Notes under the pieces: model-generated | The model's input: only the letters and a program-made list of their open reading frames with translations | The model's database searches: none | What the model was told of the DNA's origin: nothing | Shown here: piece after piece, positions 18,505 to 27,617 of the stretch | Position numbering within the stretch: position 1 is the first letter of the stretch | Layout of the letters: each line of letters opens with the position of its first letter | Program-made: the position numbers and the translations under genes | Assembly: GCA_965365555.1 (NCBI GenBank) | Contig: CBDUCC010000002.1 | Location: forward strand, 1 to 34,964 | Length of the DNA: 34,964 bases | From: an uncultured Myxococcales bacterium | GTDB taxonomy: Bacteria; Myxococcota_A; Polyangia; Polyangiales; Houyiibacteriaceae | Direction: 5' to 3'

Positions 18505-19551
18505 ATGACTTCGCTCGACATCCAGCGCGATGTGCCGCTTGCCCCGCTCACGACGCTCGAGCTCGGAGGCGCGGCCCAGTTCTTCGTGCAGGTGACAGAC
18601 GAGCCCGAGCTGGTGGAAGCGCTCCTGTGGGGACGGCAGCGCGGTGTTCCGGCGGCCATTCTCGGCGGCGGCTCCAACACGATCGTGCCCGATTGCGGTT
18701 ATCCGGGTCTCGTCGTTCAGATGGCGCTCGACTCGCTCGAGCTCCAAGACTCTGGCGTCCTCCGGGCCGGCGCAGGCGTCCCCTGGGAGCGCGTGGTCGA
18801 TCTTGCGGTGCGGTCCGATTGTGCTGGAGTCGAGTGCCTCGCCGGGATTCCCGGATCCCCGGGCACCACGACGATCCAGAACGTCGGTGCCTATGGCCAA
18901 GAGGTCTCCGAAGTGATCGAGCTCGTCCGCGTCGTCGATCGGGAGACCCTCGACACCTGCGAGCTGCGCACCGCGGACTGCGAGTTCAGCTATCGGAACA
19001 GTCGCTTCAAGCGGGAGCCGGGGCGCTACGTGGTCACCGAGGTTCGGTTCCTGCTTCGACCCGGCGGGGCCCCCACGGTTCGGTACCCCGAGCTCGAGCG
19101 CCTCGTCGACGAGCAGGCTTCATTGCAGGAGGTTCGCGAGCGCGTGCTCGAGCTGCGCCGGCGCAAGTCGATGGTGCTCGCACCGGACGATCCCAACCGC
19201 CGAAGCGCGGGCTCGTTCTTCTTGAACCCCGTGGTCTCCGCTGCGCAGGCCGAGAGTATCGCGCAACGAGCGGTCGACCTGGGTCTCGCAACCCGCCTCG
19301 ACGAGGTCCCGCGCTATCCGGCCGGGGACGAACGCATGAAGCTCGCGGCGGCCTGGCTCATCGAGCGTTCCGGCATCACGAAGGGAATGCGGCGCGGCGC
19401 CGTGGGCATATCGAGCCGGCACACGCTTGCCCTGGTTCACCATGGCGGCGGCACGACAGACGCGCTCTTGGCGCTCGCCGATGAGGTTCAAGAGCAGGTA
19501 CGAACGCGGTTCGGCGTACAGCTCGAACGCGAGCCGCGCCTCCTGGCATGA
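18505..19551 (+). CDS. murB: UDP-N-acetylenolpyruvoylglucosamine reductase
   Basis: 348 aa with an FAD-binding N-terminus (PLAPLTTLELGGAAQFF, LGGGSN) and MurB C-terminal motifs (GSFFLNP, AAWLIE). The ATG immediately follows the serS stop. Confidence 0.88.
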   Translation: MTSLDIQRDVPLAPLTTLELGGAAQFFVQVTDEPELVEALLWGRQRGVPAAILGGGSNTIVPDCGYPGLVVQMALDSLELQDSGVLRAGAGVPWERVVDLAVRSDCAGVECLAGIPGSPGTTTIQNVGAYGQEVSEVIELVRVVDRETLDTCELRTADCEFSYRNSRFKREPGRYVVTEVRFLLRPGGAPTVRYPELERLVDEQASLQEVRERVLELRRRKSMVLAPDDPNRRSAGSFFLNPVVSAAQAESIAQRAVDLGLATRLDEVPRYPAGDERMKLAAAWLIERSGITKGMRRGAVGISSRHTLALVHHGGGTTDALLALADEVQEQVRTRFGVQLEREPRLLA

Positions 19552-19553
19552 GC

Positions 19554-20723
19554 TCACGGCTCCGCGAACGGATCGCTGTAGGCCGGGTTCGTCAGCAACT
19601 CTTCGTCGGTCAATGCCTCCAAGAAGGCGATGATGTCCGCTTTTTCGCGCTCGGTCATCGCGAAGCCACTGACGAACGCGCTCTTGTTCGGATTGAGCGC
19701 GCCGTCCCCTGCGTTGGGACCGTCCTCGATCAGACGCCCCCCTCGCGCGTAGTGGTCGAGCACCTCTTCGAGCGTCGCGATCGAGCCGTCGTGCATGTAG
19801 GGCGCGGTCAGGGCGATGTTTCGTAGGCTCGGTGGCTTGAAGCGGCCCTTGTCGGCCGCGTCGCCGGTCATGTCGAAGAGCCCTTGGTTGCCAGCCGGGT
19901 AGCTGCCGTCCTCGTCGAGATTGTAGAGGCCGTTGTTCATGAAGAACTTCTGATCGAACACCTGCCCCGCATCGTCGGAGGCCTGGGAGAAAAGAAAGCC
20001 GCCGTGGCAATGGAAGCACTCGAATGCATCTTCGACGCCCGCCTCGTTGGGACCGCCCAAGAACAACGCCAAGCCACGCTGTTCCGACGCATTGAGCGCC
20101 GTCGCGTCTCCCGCCTGCCAGCGGTCCACTCGGGACTTGAAGCTGGTCACGGAACGCTGGAAGGCTGCGAGTGCCTTGGTGATGCTGTCGAGGTTGATCG
20201 GATCGGGGTCTTCCGGAAACGCATCTGCGAACATCTCCGGGTAGCGCTCGTCGTCCTGCAAGCGCTCGAGAAGAATACCCTCCATGTTGGCCAGGCCGAG
20301 CTCGACCGGATCTTCGCCGAACATCGGCACCAGCGCCTGGCGCTCCAAGCGCACCAAGACCTCGTTGGCCCAGGTGAGCGAGGCGGCGTAGGCCGAGTTT
20401 GCGATGCTCATCGATGAGCGTGGGTGAAGCTCGCCGGTCGATCCCTCGGAACGCGCCAAGCCGTCGGTGAACGCCAGCGCCTGCTGGTGGCAGGAGCCAC
20501 AGCTCTGCGTTTGGTTTCCAGAGAGCCGCGTGTCGTAGAAGAGGAACCTCCCGAGCTCGACCTTCGCCTTCGTCATCGGATTGTCCTCGGGCACCCGAGG
20601 CTCGGGAACCGTCTCGGGCAGATCCCAGGCCCAATCCGCCGTACCGGACCCGGCGTCATCACCGCAGCCGGATGCGAGCAGGCCAAGGGCCAAGAACAAA
20701 GAGAAGAACCGCATATCGAGCAA
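19554..20723 (-). CDS. mbnH: MbnH-like di-heme cytochrome c peroxidase/MauG-family enzyme (MXAN_0977-type), lipoprotein-like signal
   Basis: Two CxxCH heme motifs (CGSCH at 20487-20501, CFHCH at 20004-20018), CCP/MauG-like PSLRNIALTAPYMHDGS, a signal with a LLASGC lipobox-like site, and position immediately downstream of an MbnP-like gene. Confidence 0.85.
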   Translation of the reverse strand: MLDMRFFSLFLALGLLASGCGDDAGSGTADWAWDLPETVPEPRVPEDNPMTKAKVELGRFLFYDTRLSGNQTQSCGSCHQQALAFTDGLARSEGSTGELHPRSSMSIANSAYAASLTWANEVLVRLERQALVPMFGEDPVELGLANMEGILLERLQDDERYPEMFADAFPEDPDPINLDSITKALAAFQRSVTSFKSRVDRWQAGDATALNASEQRGLALFLGGPNEAGVEDAFECFHCHGGFLFSQASDDAGQVFDQKFFMNNGLYNLDEDGSYPAGNQGLFDMTGDAADKGRFKPPSLRNIALTAPYMHDGSIATLEEVLDHYARGGRLIEDGPNAGDGALNPNKSAFVSGFAMTEREKADIIAFLEALTDEELLTNPAYSDPFAEP

Positions 20724-20732
20724 GCTATAGGG

Positions 20733-21584
20733 CTATTGGGGGGCCGCGGCCCGTTCGACGGCCGAAAAAACCGTCTGCGGGCCGGATGGCTCGGCGCCTC
20801 CGAAGGGGAGACCGAGATTGTCGAAGATCGGGGCGCAATCGCTGTCCATCGGACCTGCCATGCAGCCGACCGGCGTCATGTCTTGGTTTTCGTCGAGCGC
20901 GGCGCCATCGAGCAGCGCGGCCACGTCGAAGACAATCACGTCGTTCGCCGGGTTGAAGTCGTCGAGCTCGACCTCGACGCGATTCGGCGCTCCGCACTGA
21001 GTGGTGCCGCCCGACTGCGGGTCGCCATCGCAGCCCGTGCTACCCAGGTGCATCCGCCAGGCATCCTCCGAGAAGTTACCGGAGTCGATCCGGAGGAACT
21101 TGTAGCCACCCTGCCAGTTCCACCACATCGAGCTCGAGTTGAGAGGCGCAGGCGCCGTTGGCTGGTTCTGGTGGTTCTCGTCGAAGGGCACCCCCATCTG
21201 GAACTGGATCCCGACGTAGTCGCCGAACGGGAGCGTGCCCGTGATCGTTTGGTTCGTCGGCTCGTTGCCGAAGTCCCCGCAGCCGTCCTCGAAGTCGAGC
21301 AGCGCCAGGTTCGGGAGCTGCCAAATGCTATCGACGTTGTCCATCGGCACTTCCTCTCCGGAGGCGGTGATGAACGCGACGTCCTGCACGTAGAAACGTA
21401 GGTCGCTCAGCGTGAGCGAGCTGCCGTTCGCGCCGAGATCCTCGTAGGTCTCGCCGCAAACGAACGGTTCGTCCGCCACCACAGCTGCGAACTCGATCGC
21501 CACGGCGCTCGAGCCTTCTCCGCTTTCGCCACAGCTCGCGATCAACGAACCCAGCACCAACGACACGACTACAAACTTACTCAT
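20733..21584 (-). CDS. mbnP: MbnP-family copper-binding protein (metallo-mystery pair Cys-motif protein), lipoprotein
   Basis: Lipobox LIASC. Family-like blocks LSDLRFYVQDV, LLDFEDGCG, MWWNWQGGYKFLRID and HLGSTGC. Six Cys after the lipobox. A GGAG SD lies 9 nt upstream. Paired with the di-heme enzyme gene. Confidence 0.8.
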   Translation of the reverse strand: MSKFVVVSLVLGSLIASCGESGEGSSAVAIEFAAVVADEPFVCGETYEDLGANGSSLTLSDLRFYVQDVAFITASGEEVPMDNVDSIWQLPNLALLDFEDGCGDFGNEPTNQTITGTLPFGDYVGIQFQMGVPFDENHQNQPTAPAPLNSSSMWWNWQGGYKFLRIDSGNFSEDAWRMHLGSTGCDGDPQSGGTTQCGAPNRVEVELDDFNPANDVIVFDVAALLDGAALDENQDMTPVGCMAGPMDSDCAPIFDNLGLPFGGAEPSGPQTVFSAVERAAAPQ

Positions 21585-21602
21585 GAAAAATCTCCGCGAT
21601 CA

Positions 21603-22331
21603 TTAGAATCCGTCTTCCTGGTTCGGAAGCGCGGCCTGTAGCGAGGACTGCACGTTTTCAGTGATTCGCTCTCGCACCGCGTCCTCGGAAAGCAGTGCAA
21701 AATCGATGCCATCAAACCAGCTCCTGTGGTCGATGCGAATGGAGATGTTTTCTACGATGGGGCTCTCGAAGACCAGCGGGCGATCGAGCGGCAACTCGCA
21801 TTCGAGAAGGTCCGTGATCGGAACGAAGAGCTCGGTCTGCGTCTCCTCGCCCTCGGCCCGAACCCGTCCTTCGACGAGGACGGTATGCTCCGTCATCTCT
21901 TGGTTTTTCTCGTCCAGGCCCGGCGCATCGGCGTCGGCCGGCATTCCAACCAAGCGGACACCGCAATAGCGACCGGGCGGCGGCTTCATCGTTCCGGCGT
22001 ACTCCGGCGTGCCGGCGCCCTCCATCAGATCGAGCACGAGCGGCTCGCCGAGGCTCGTGGGTGTATCGAGCACGTGCGCTCTTGCCCGCGCGGCTCCGAA
22101 AAGCTCCCAGAGATCCGCGACAGAATTGTCGCATCGGATCAGCTCCACCTGGCCGACTGCGACCAGCGCGCGATCGAGCCGAATGCGGTATCCGAGGTCG
22201 GTTCGAATCTCGAAGGGGGTCGGCTCGGTCAGGTAGGCCAGATCGACTTCGATGCCGTCGGTCACCCGCATGCACTGCGGGAGCGCGGCCGTGCAAAGCA
22301 CGGTGATGGCCAGTGCGAGGCTAAATCTCAT
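21603..22331 (-). CDS. Secreted hypothetical protein with no recognised family
   Basis: 242-aa ORF with a hydrophobic N-terminal signal (MRFSLALAITVLCTAALPQC). Acidic mature part. Overlaps the upstream barrel gene by 11 nt. Confidence 0.6.
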   Translation of the reverse strand: MRFSLALAITVLCTAALPQCMRVTDGIEVDLAYLTEPTPFEIRTDLGYRIRLDRALVAVGQVELIRCDNSVADLWELFGAARARAHVLDTPTSLGEPLVLDLMEGAGTPEYAGTMKPPPGRYCGVRLVGMPADADAPGLDEKNQEMTEHTVLVEGRVRAEGEETQTELFVPITDLLECELPLDRPLVFESPIVENISIRIDHRSWFDGIDFALLSEDAVRERITENVQSSLQAALPNQEDGF

Positions 22332-23253
22332 AGACGAGACCTGCCGTGAACGCGAAACCCTCTCGGTGCGTGCCGTCGAGCCGCTGGATCAGCGGAAGCG
22401 CGGCCGTCATGTGCATCATGACCTTCTGGTGCGGGAGCCCGACGATACCGAGCGTACCGTAGGTGATGTTTCCACCGGTATTCGGATCTCGGACGTCGCC
22501 GATGTAGCCCGGACCGTCGAGCCGGAACTCCGCGCCGAGCTGAAACGCGAGAAAACTCCACGGCTGGAACTGAGCGAGCGCGGTCTGCCGAAAGCTCGAG
22601 CTCGCGCGCGTCTCTGCGATGCCCTCGGTTGGAAAGATCGCTATGGAGGAGACGTACAGCGACCAGGGATCGAGGAACATCGTGTAGGAAGCACCGGCGA
22701 TCGGATCCCAGGAGCCCGTTCCCGCTTGAAATTCGAGCGGCAGGGGCACCCCATTGTCGTCGTATTCGATCGAGCTGGTCGGGAACTCGAGTCCCGCGAT
22801 CATGCTGACCAGGTGACGCGGCGCGAACTTTCGATCCCGCCAGATCACTCCTCGAACACGCAGATCCAGATCCCCCGGCGCCCAGATGCTCGCCTCGGCG
22901 AGGTTCACCTCGGTGATCAAACGGTGCACGACCGGCATCATCAGCGACAAGCTCACGCGATCGGTCGGTGAATACGCGCCCGCGAGCTCCATCCGTTGCT
23001 CCGAGAGCGTGAGCCGATCGACCTCGCTTTCTCCGATGCTGTCGTTTCGATGCCGGAGCGTCGCAGAGGTCCGCACTCGATTCTCTTGCGGCTGCTCGAA
23101 GCCAACGATGGTGAGCGTCGGGTCGCCCACCGAGCAGGTGCCACAGGCCCACGCCGGGGCCGGCATTGCAATCACCCCCCCGATTGCCGCCGTAGCCGCC
23201 ATCGTCCACCAAGCTCTCACCGCCCGGAGGTTAGGCGCGACGGGCTTGGACAT
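22321..23253 (-). CDS. Predicted small outer-membrane beta-barrel protein (MetA-pathway/transporter-like) with an N-terminal CxxC
   Basis: Sec signal ending AWA. Predicted mature N-terminus CGTCSVGDPT (23134-23145). Repeated amphipathic alternating strands and a terminal aromatic-rich strand (GFAFTAGLVYEI). Confidence 0.6.
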   Translation of the reverse strand: MSKPVAPNLRAVRAWWTMAATAAIGGVIAMPAPAWACGTCSVGDPTLTIVGFEQPQENRVRTSATLRHRNDSIGESEVDRLTLSEQRMELAGAYSPTDRVSLSLMMPVVHRLITEVNLAEASIWAPGDLDLRVRGVIWRDRKFAPRHLVSMIAGLEFPTSSIEYDDNGVPLPLEFQAGTGSWDPIAGASYTMFLDPWSLYVSSIAIFPTEGIAETRASSSFRQTALAQFQPWSFLAFQLGAEFRLDGPGYIGDVRDPNTGGNITYGTLGIVGLPHQKVMMHMTAALPLIQRLDGTHREGFAFTAGLVYEI

Positions 23254-23278
23254 GTATGCGGCAAATCGTCGCAGTGGC

Positions 23279-23851
23279 TCAGCGCGGGGTCGGGAACTTG
23301 GCGAGCTTGCGCTGCAGCGACCGTCGGTGAATTCCGAGCCTTTCCGCCGCCTTGGTGATGTTTCCCTGGCAATCCGTCAGGACCCGTTGGATGTGTTCCC
23401 ACTCGACGCGGGCCAGCGACGGGGTGTCCGGAAGCCCTTCGGTGCGGCTTGCTGCCTCGAGGGGTTCGTCACTTCGCCGGTCGAACGCGGCGATGACCTC
23501 GTCCACATCGGCAGGCTTGGTGAGATAGTGGGTGGCTCCCAGCCGCACGGCCTCGAGCGCCGTTGCGATGCTGCCGTACCCGGTCAGGACGACGATTTTC
23601 GTTGCCTTGTCGATGCGGTGCAGCTCCTGCACGAGCTCCAGCCCGGACTTTCCAGGCATCCGGAGGTCGACTACCGCCAACTCGGTGCTCTCCTCCGAGG
23701 CAATCGCGATCGCTTCGTCGTAGTCGCCCGCCTCGTGCGTCTCGTACCCTCGCTCGGCGAACGCTCGCACCATCCTCGAACGAAGGCGCTGATCGTCGTC
23801 GACCAGAAGTACCGAAGGCTTCGGAGTATGAATTGGGCTCTGTTCCGTCAT
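23279..23851 (-). CDS. regA: ActR/RegA/PrrA-family response regulator (REC plus Fis-type HTH)
   Basis: 190 aa. REC motifs (LLVDDD, VVDLRMP, LTKP) and the RegA-like C-terminal HTH NITKAAERLGIHRRSLQRKLAK. ATGA overlap with the kinase gene. Confidence 0.85.
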   Translation of the reverse strand: MTEQSPIHTPKPSVLLVDDDQRLRSRMVRAFAERGYETHEAGDYDEAIAIASEESTELAVVDLRMPGKSGLELVQELHRIDKATKIVVLTGYGSIATALEAVRLGATHYLTKPADVDEVIAAFDRRSDEPLEAASRTEGLPDTPSLARVEWEHIQRVLTDCQGNITKAAERLGIHRRSLQRKLAKFPTPR

Positions 23852-25089
23852 TCCGATTGGGGCAGCGTCACTACGATCGTAGTGCCTCGCTCGGGTATCG
23901 ATTCGATCTGAAGCCGACCTCCGAGCGAGTCAACGAGCGTCCTGGCCAGGAATAAGCCTAGCCCCATCCGGTCGCCAGCGTCCTTGGTCGTGAAGAATGG
24001 ATCGACCGCCCGTGCGAGAACTTCGGGCACCATACCGTGCCCTTCGTCGCTGAAACGCAGCTCGATCTCCCCGTCGAGTGAACGCACCACCAGAGCGACC
24101 CGGCCTGTCTCGCAGGCATCGAAGCCGTTTCGAGCGATGTTCTCGGTCATCTGGATCAGCGCTTCGCGCGGCGCCTGAATCGTCGCGACCTCGCTCTTGG
24201 TCTGCCAGCGTTGGGCCTGATCGGCGGCGAGCCTCCTTCGAACCTCGGAGAAGAGCTCCTCGAGCCCGATGCTCTGCACCGTTTCACCAACGTGTTCGCC
24301 GCCCGCTGCGGCCATCCGATCGAGAACGAGGCGGCAGCGTTCGAGCTCCTCACGGATGAGCTGCGCGTCTTCGAGCACACCGTCGGCCCCATCCAGCCTC
24401 TCGGCTTGCCTCTTGATCTCGTTCGCGGCGACCGCGATCGTTCCGAGCGGGGTGCCGAGCTCATGCGCTGCGCCGGCAGCCAGATTGGCAATCGAGGCGA
24501 GCTTCCCCCACCGATGTGAGCGTTCCTCCGCCTCGGCGAGGGCTCGCTCTCGACGACGCAGCTCGAGCGAGAGCTGGCTCACGAAATAGGTGATCAAGGC
24601 GACGGCGAGAACCAGCGCGATCAACATGCCGTAGAGGTGCGCCTGGAAGCCCTCCCCGTGCACCCCGTGTCCGACGTGCTCGCTCGGTCCGTGCACGACG
24701 AACAGCGCGGCGAACGAGGCGACCGAAAGCACGGCGATCGCCCAGGTCCACCGCGGTGCCAGCATCACGGCGCTCATCGCGATGTACACGACATAGATGA
24801 TGCTGAACGGATTGGTCGGCCCGCCCGAGTAGTGGAGCAACGCAGTCAGGATGAGCACATCGAGCACGAGGTAGGCACCGAGGTGTCCTGCCAGCGAGCG
24901 TCGCCAAGTAAGCCAGAGGTTCGAGGCGACCCCGAGCGCGACCAACGCCCACATTCGCATCCAAGGCAGCTCCGCGCCGAGGGCGCGGTCGGCGATCACG
25001 AGCGACGCCGCGACGATTGCCAAGGCACCCCAACGCAGTCTCGCCAGCCATTGCGCGCCGGCGGCGCTGGCTCGCGGCTCCGGGGTCAC
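23848..25089 (-). CDS. regB: RegB/PrrB-family redox-sensing histidine kinase
   Basis: Six predicted TM helices. GGPTNPF (24805-24825) matches the RegB GGXXNPF quinone-site motif. H-box AAHELGTPL. Cys flanked by Arg (ERCRLVL, Cys codon 24334-24336), as in the RegB redox box. HATPase G-boxes (DEGHGM, GLGLFL). The GTG start overlaps the dnaK stop. Confidence 0.82.
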   Translation of the reverse strand: MTPEPRASAAGAQWLARLRWGALAIVAASLVIADRALGAELPWMRMWALVALGVASNLWLTWRRSLAGHLGAYLVLDVLILTALLHYSGGPTNPFSIIYVVYIAMSAVMLAPRWTWAIAVLSVASFAALFVVHGPSEHVGHGVHGEGFQAHLYGMLIALVLAVALITYFVSQLSLELRRRERALAEAEERSHRWGKLASIANLAAGAAHELGTPLGTIAVAANEIKRQAERLDGADGVLEDAQLIREELERCRLVLDRMAAAGGEHVGETVQSIGLEELFSEVRRRLAADQAQRWQTKSEVATIQAPREALIQMTENIARNGFDACETGRVALVVRSLDGEIELRFSDEGHGMVPEVLARAVDPFFTTKDAGDRMGLGLFLARTLVDSLGGRLQIESIPERGTTIVVTLPQSE

Positions 25090-26933
25090 GAGTCGGTCTG
25101 GGCCTCGCCCGTCTGGGCGGCGTCGAGATCGACATTACCGTACATCGCTTCGGCGATCTTGTACGCGCTGAGCTCGAGCGTTTCGAGAGCGTCACGGATC
25201 GCGATCGCGTCGCCCTCCTCGACGCTGCTGTGGAGAGCCTGGATGTCGGCCTCGACCTGCGCGACCACTTCTTCCGGGACGAGCTCTCGGCATTCCGCCA
25301 CGGCGCGCTCGCTCGTGTAGAGCAGGGCTTCAGCCGCGTTGCGAAGCTCGGCGAGCTCGCGACGCTTCTGGTCTGTCGTCTTGTACTGCTCCGCCTCGCC
25401 GATGATGCGCTCGATGTCGGACTCGGTCAGGCCGCTCGAAGCCACGACGCGAATGTTCTGTTCGCGTCCGGTTCCGAGGTCCTTTGCGCTGACGTTCACC
25501 ACACCGTCGGCATCGATGTCGAAGGTCACCTCGATCTCGGGAACCCCTCGCGGCGCTGGCAGAATCGGCGCCAACTCGAACTTCGCGAGTGACTTGTTGT
25601 CGTCCGCCATCTCACGCTCGCCTTGGAGTACGTGAATCGGTACGAAGCTCTGGTTGTCCACGCTCGTCGTGAAGATTTCCTTGGCCCGGGTCGGGACGGT
25701 GGTGTTGCGCGGAATCAGCTTGTGGAACACGCCGCCCCCCGTTTCCACGCCGAGGCTCAGCGGGGTGACGTCGAGCAACAACACCTCCTCGACATCCCCG
25801 CTGAGGGCTGCGCCTTGGAGCGCCGCGCCCATCGCGACGACCTCGTCCGGGTTGACGCCCTTGTACGGCTCTTTTCCAAAGAAATCCGACACTTTGGACC
25901 GCACGAGAGGCATCCGGGTCTGGCCGCCGACCAGCAGGATCTCGTCGATGTCCTCGCGCTTCACGCCGGCATCGTCGAGCGCCTGCGCACAGGGTCCGAG
26001 CGTGCGGTCGATGATTTCCGAGACCAGGATCTCAAGCTCGCTTCGTTTCACCCGGGTCTCGAGATGCTTCGGGCCCGAGGCGTCAGATGCGATGAAGGGT
26101 AGGTTCACTTCGGTCTCGAGAGCCGAAGATAGCTCATGCTTGGCCTTCTCGGCCTGCTCCTTGAGCCGCTGGAGCGCCACGCGGTCCTCGCGCAGGTTGA
26201 TCCCACTCTCTTCTTCGAATCTTCGCGCAAGCTCTTCGACGAGCGCGTTGTCGATGTCTTCGCCGCCGAGGTGCGTATCCCCGGAGGTGGACTTCACGCT
26301 GAAGACGCCATCGGCGATTTCCAAGACGGAGATGTCGAACGTGCCGCCGCCGAGGTCGTACACCGCTACCCGTTTTCCCTCGTGCTCTTCGAAGCCGTAC
26401 GCCAAGGCAGCCGCAGTGGGCTCGTTGATGATCCGGCGGACCTCGAGGCCGGCGATCTTTCCTGCTGCGATCGTAGCTGACCGCTGTGCGTCATTGAAGT
26501 AGGCAGGCACCGTGACGATTGCCTCCTCGACGGTGTCGCCGAGAAAAGCCTCTGCCACCTCGCGCATCTTCTCGAGGACCATCGCCGAGATCTCGGGCGG
26601 GGAGTACCGATGGTCCCCGATCTGCACCCAAGCGTCCCCGCGCTCGCTTTCGACGACCTTGTAGGGCACGACCCGGCGATGTGTTTCTGCGGCCTCCGCG
26701 TCGAATCCCAGGCCCATCAGCCGCTTGATCGCGAACACCGTGCTCTCCGGGTTCGTGACCCCCTGTCGTTTCGCCACGCTGCCCACGCGCCGCTCGCCAT
26801 CCTTGGCGAACGAGACGACCGAGGGCGTCGTTCGACTTCCCTCTGCGTTAGGAATGACTCGTGGCTCGCCGTTGTCGACGAACGCGACACAGGAGTTGGT
26901 CGTTCCCAGATCGATCCCGATGATTTTCCCCAT
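25086..26933 (-). CDS. dnaK: Molecular chaperone DnaK (Hsp70)
   Basis: [27 protein letters not shown] and the full Hsp70 architecture over 615 aa. Confidence 0.97.
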   Translation of the reverse strand: MGKIIGIDLGTTNSCVAFVDNGEPRVIPNAEGSRTTPSVVSFAKDGERRVGSVAKRQGVTNPESTVFAIKRLMGLGFDAEAAETHRRVVPYKVVESERGDAWVQIGDHRYSPPEISAMVLEKMREVAEAFLGDTVEEAIVTVPAYFNDAQRSATIAAGKIAGLEVRRIINEPTAAALAYGFEEHEGKRVAVYDLGGGTFDISVLEIADGVFSVKSTSGDTHLGGEDIDNALVEELARRFEEESGINLREDRVALQRLKEQAEKAKHELSSALETEVNLPFIASDASGPKHLETRVKRSELEILVSEIIDRTLGPCAQALDDAGVKREDIDEILLVGGQTRMPLVRSKVSDFFGKEPYKGVNPDEVVAMGAALQGAALSGDVEEVLLLDVTPLSLGVETGGGVFHKLIPRNTTVPTRAKEIFTTSVDNQSFVPIHVLQGEREMADDNKSLAKFELAPILPAPRGVPEIEVTFDIDADGVVNVSAKDLGTGREQNIRVVASSGLTESDIERIIGEAEQYKTTDQKRRELAELRNAAEALLYTSERAVAECRELVPEEVVAQVEADIQALHSSVEEGDAIAIRDALETLELSAYKIAEAMYGNVDLDAAQTGEAQTDS

Positions 26934-26987
26934 CTGCCCTAACCTTCCTTATAGCGCGAGCAGTGGGGTGTTCGCACCTTGCTGACC

Positions 26988-27602
26988 TCAGTGCTCGCTC
27001 GGCGGCGAGCTCTCCTGATCATCCGTCCGTGTGGGTGGCTTTGCAACCACGACCATCGCAGGCCGCAGCAGCCGCTCCCCGAGGTAGTAGCCGGGCACGA
27101 CTTCGCTCACGATGGTTCCCGGTGCGTACTCCTCGGTCTCCTGCTGCTGCATAGCGTCATGGCAGGTCGGGTCGAACTGCTCACCGACCGCGGGGACGCG
27201 CTTCAGACCAAGCCGGTTCGCCACGTCTTCGAAGCCGCGGAGCACCATGTGAACGCCGTCCGCGACCGCAGCGACTTCGGTTGCATCGTTCATCGCTTCT
27301 GCTGCGCGCTCGAGGTTGTCGACGATCGGGAGCACCTCGCGGAGGGTGTCCTCGATGGTGCGACGGCGGACCTCTTCGATCTCTTTGCGGGAGCGCTTTC
27401 GGAAATTGTCGAAGTCGGCTGCGATTCGGAGGAGCTGATCTCTCATCCGGTCGCGCTCGGCCCTCGCCTTGTCGAGGTCGCTGAGCTCGGCACCGCCGCC
27501 TTCGCTGCCCTCCTCGGACACTTCGTCTGGGAAGATCACTTCCTCGTCGCCCTCTGCGGCGTTCTGGCCATTGTCGGGCGCGTCGCCCTCGTGCTCGCTC
27601 AT
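26988..27602 (-). CDS. grpE: Nucleotide exchange factor GrpE
   Basis: 204 aa. Acidic N-terminus, long helix (RDQLLRIAADFDNFRKRSRKE) and a C-terminal beta domain (GYYLGERLLRPAMVVV). Confidence 0.93.
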   Translation of the reverse strand: MSEHEGDAPDNGQNAAEGDEEVIFPDEVSEEGSEGGGAELSDLDKARAERDRMRDQLLRIAADFDNFRKRSRKEIEEVRRRTIEDTLREVLPIVDNLERAAEAMNDATEVAAVADGVHMVLRGFEDVANRLGLKRVPAVGEQFDPTCHDAMQQQETEEYAPGTIVSEVVPGYYLGERLLRPAMVVVAKPPTRTDDQESSPPSEH

Positions 27603-27617
27603 GTTCCCCGTCCTTCG

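Noticed and set aside
26955-26997. CIRCE-like hairpin in the grpE-dnaK spacer. Arms are GCGAGCAGTG / CAGTGCTCGC with a 23-nt loop that contains a GGTG-CGAA-CACC mini-hairpin. The minus strand shows an AGCACT core.
   Set aside because: Only one half resembles the CIRCE core. The spacing is 23 nt rather than 9, and the arms have a mismatch. It may be an intercistronic RNA structure, but it cannot be called an HrcA operator from sequence alone.
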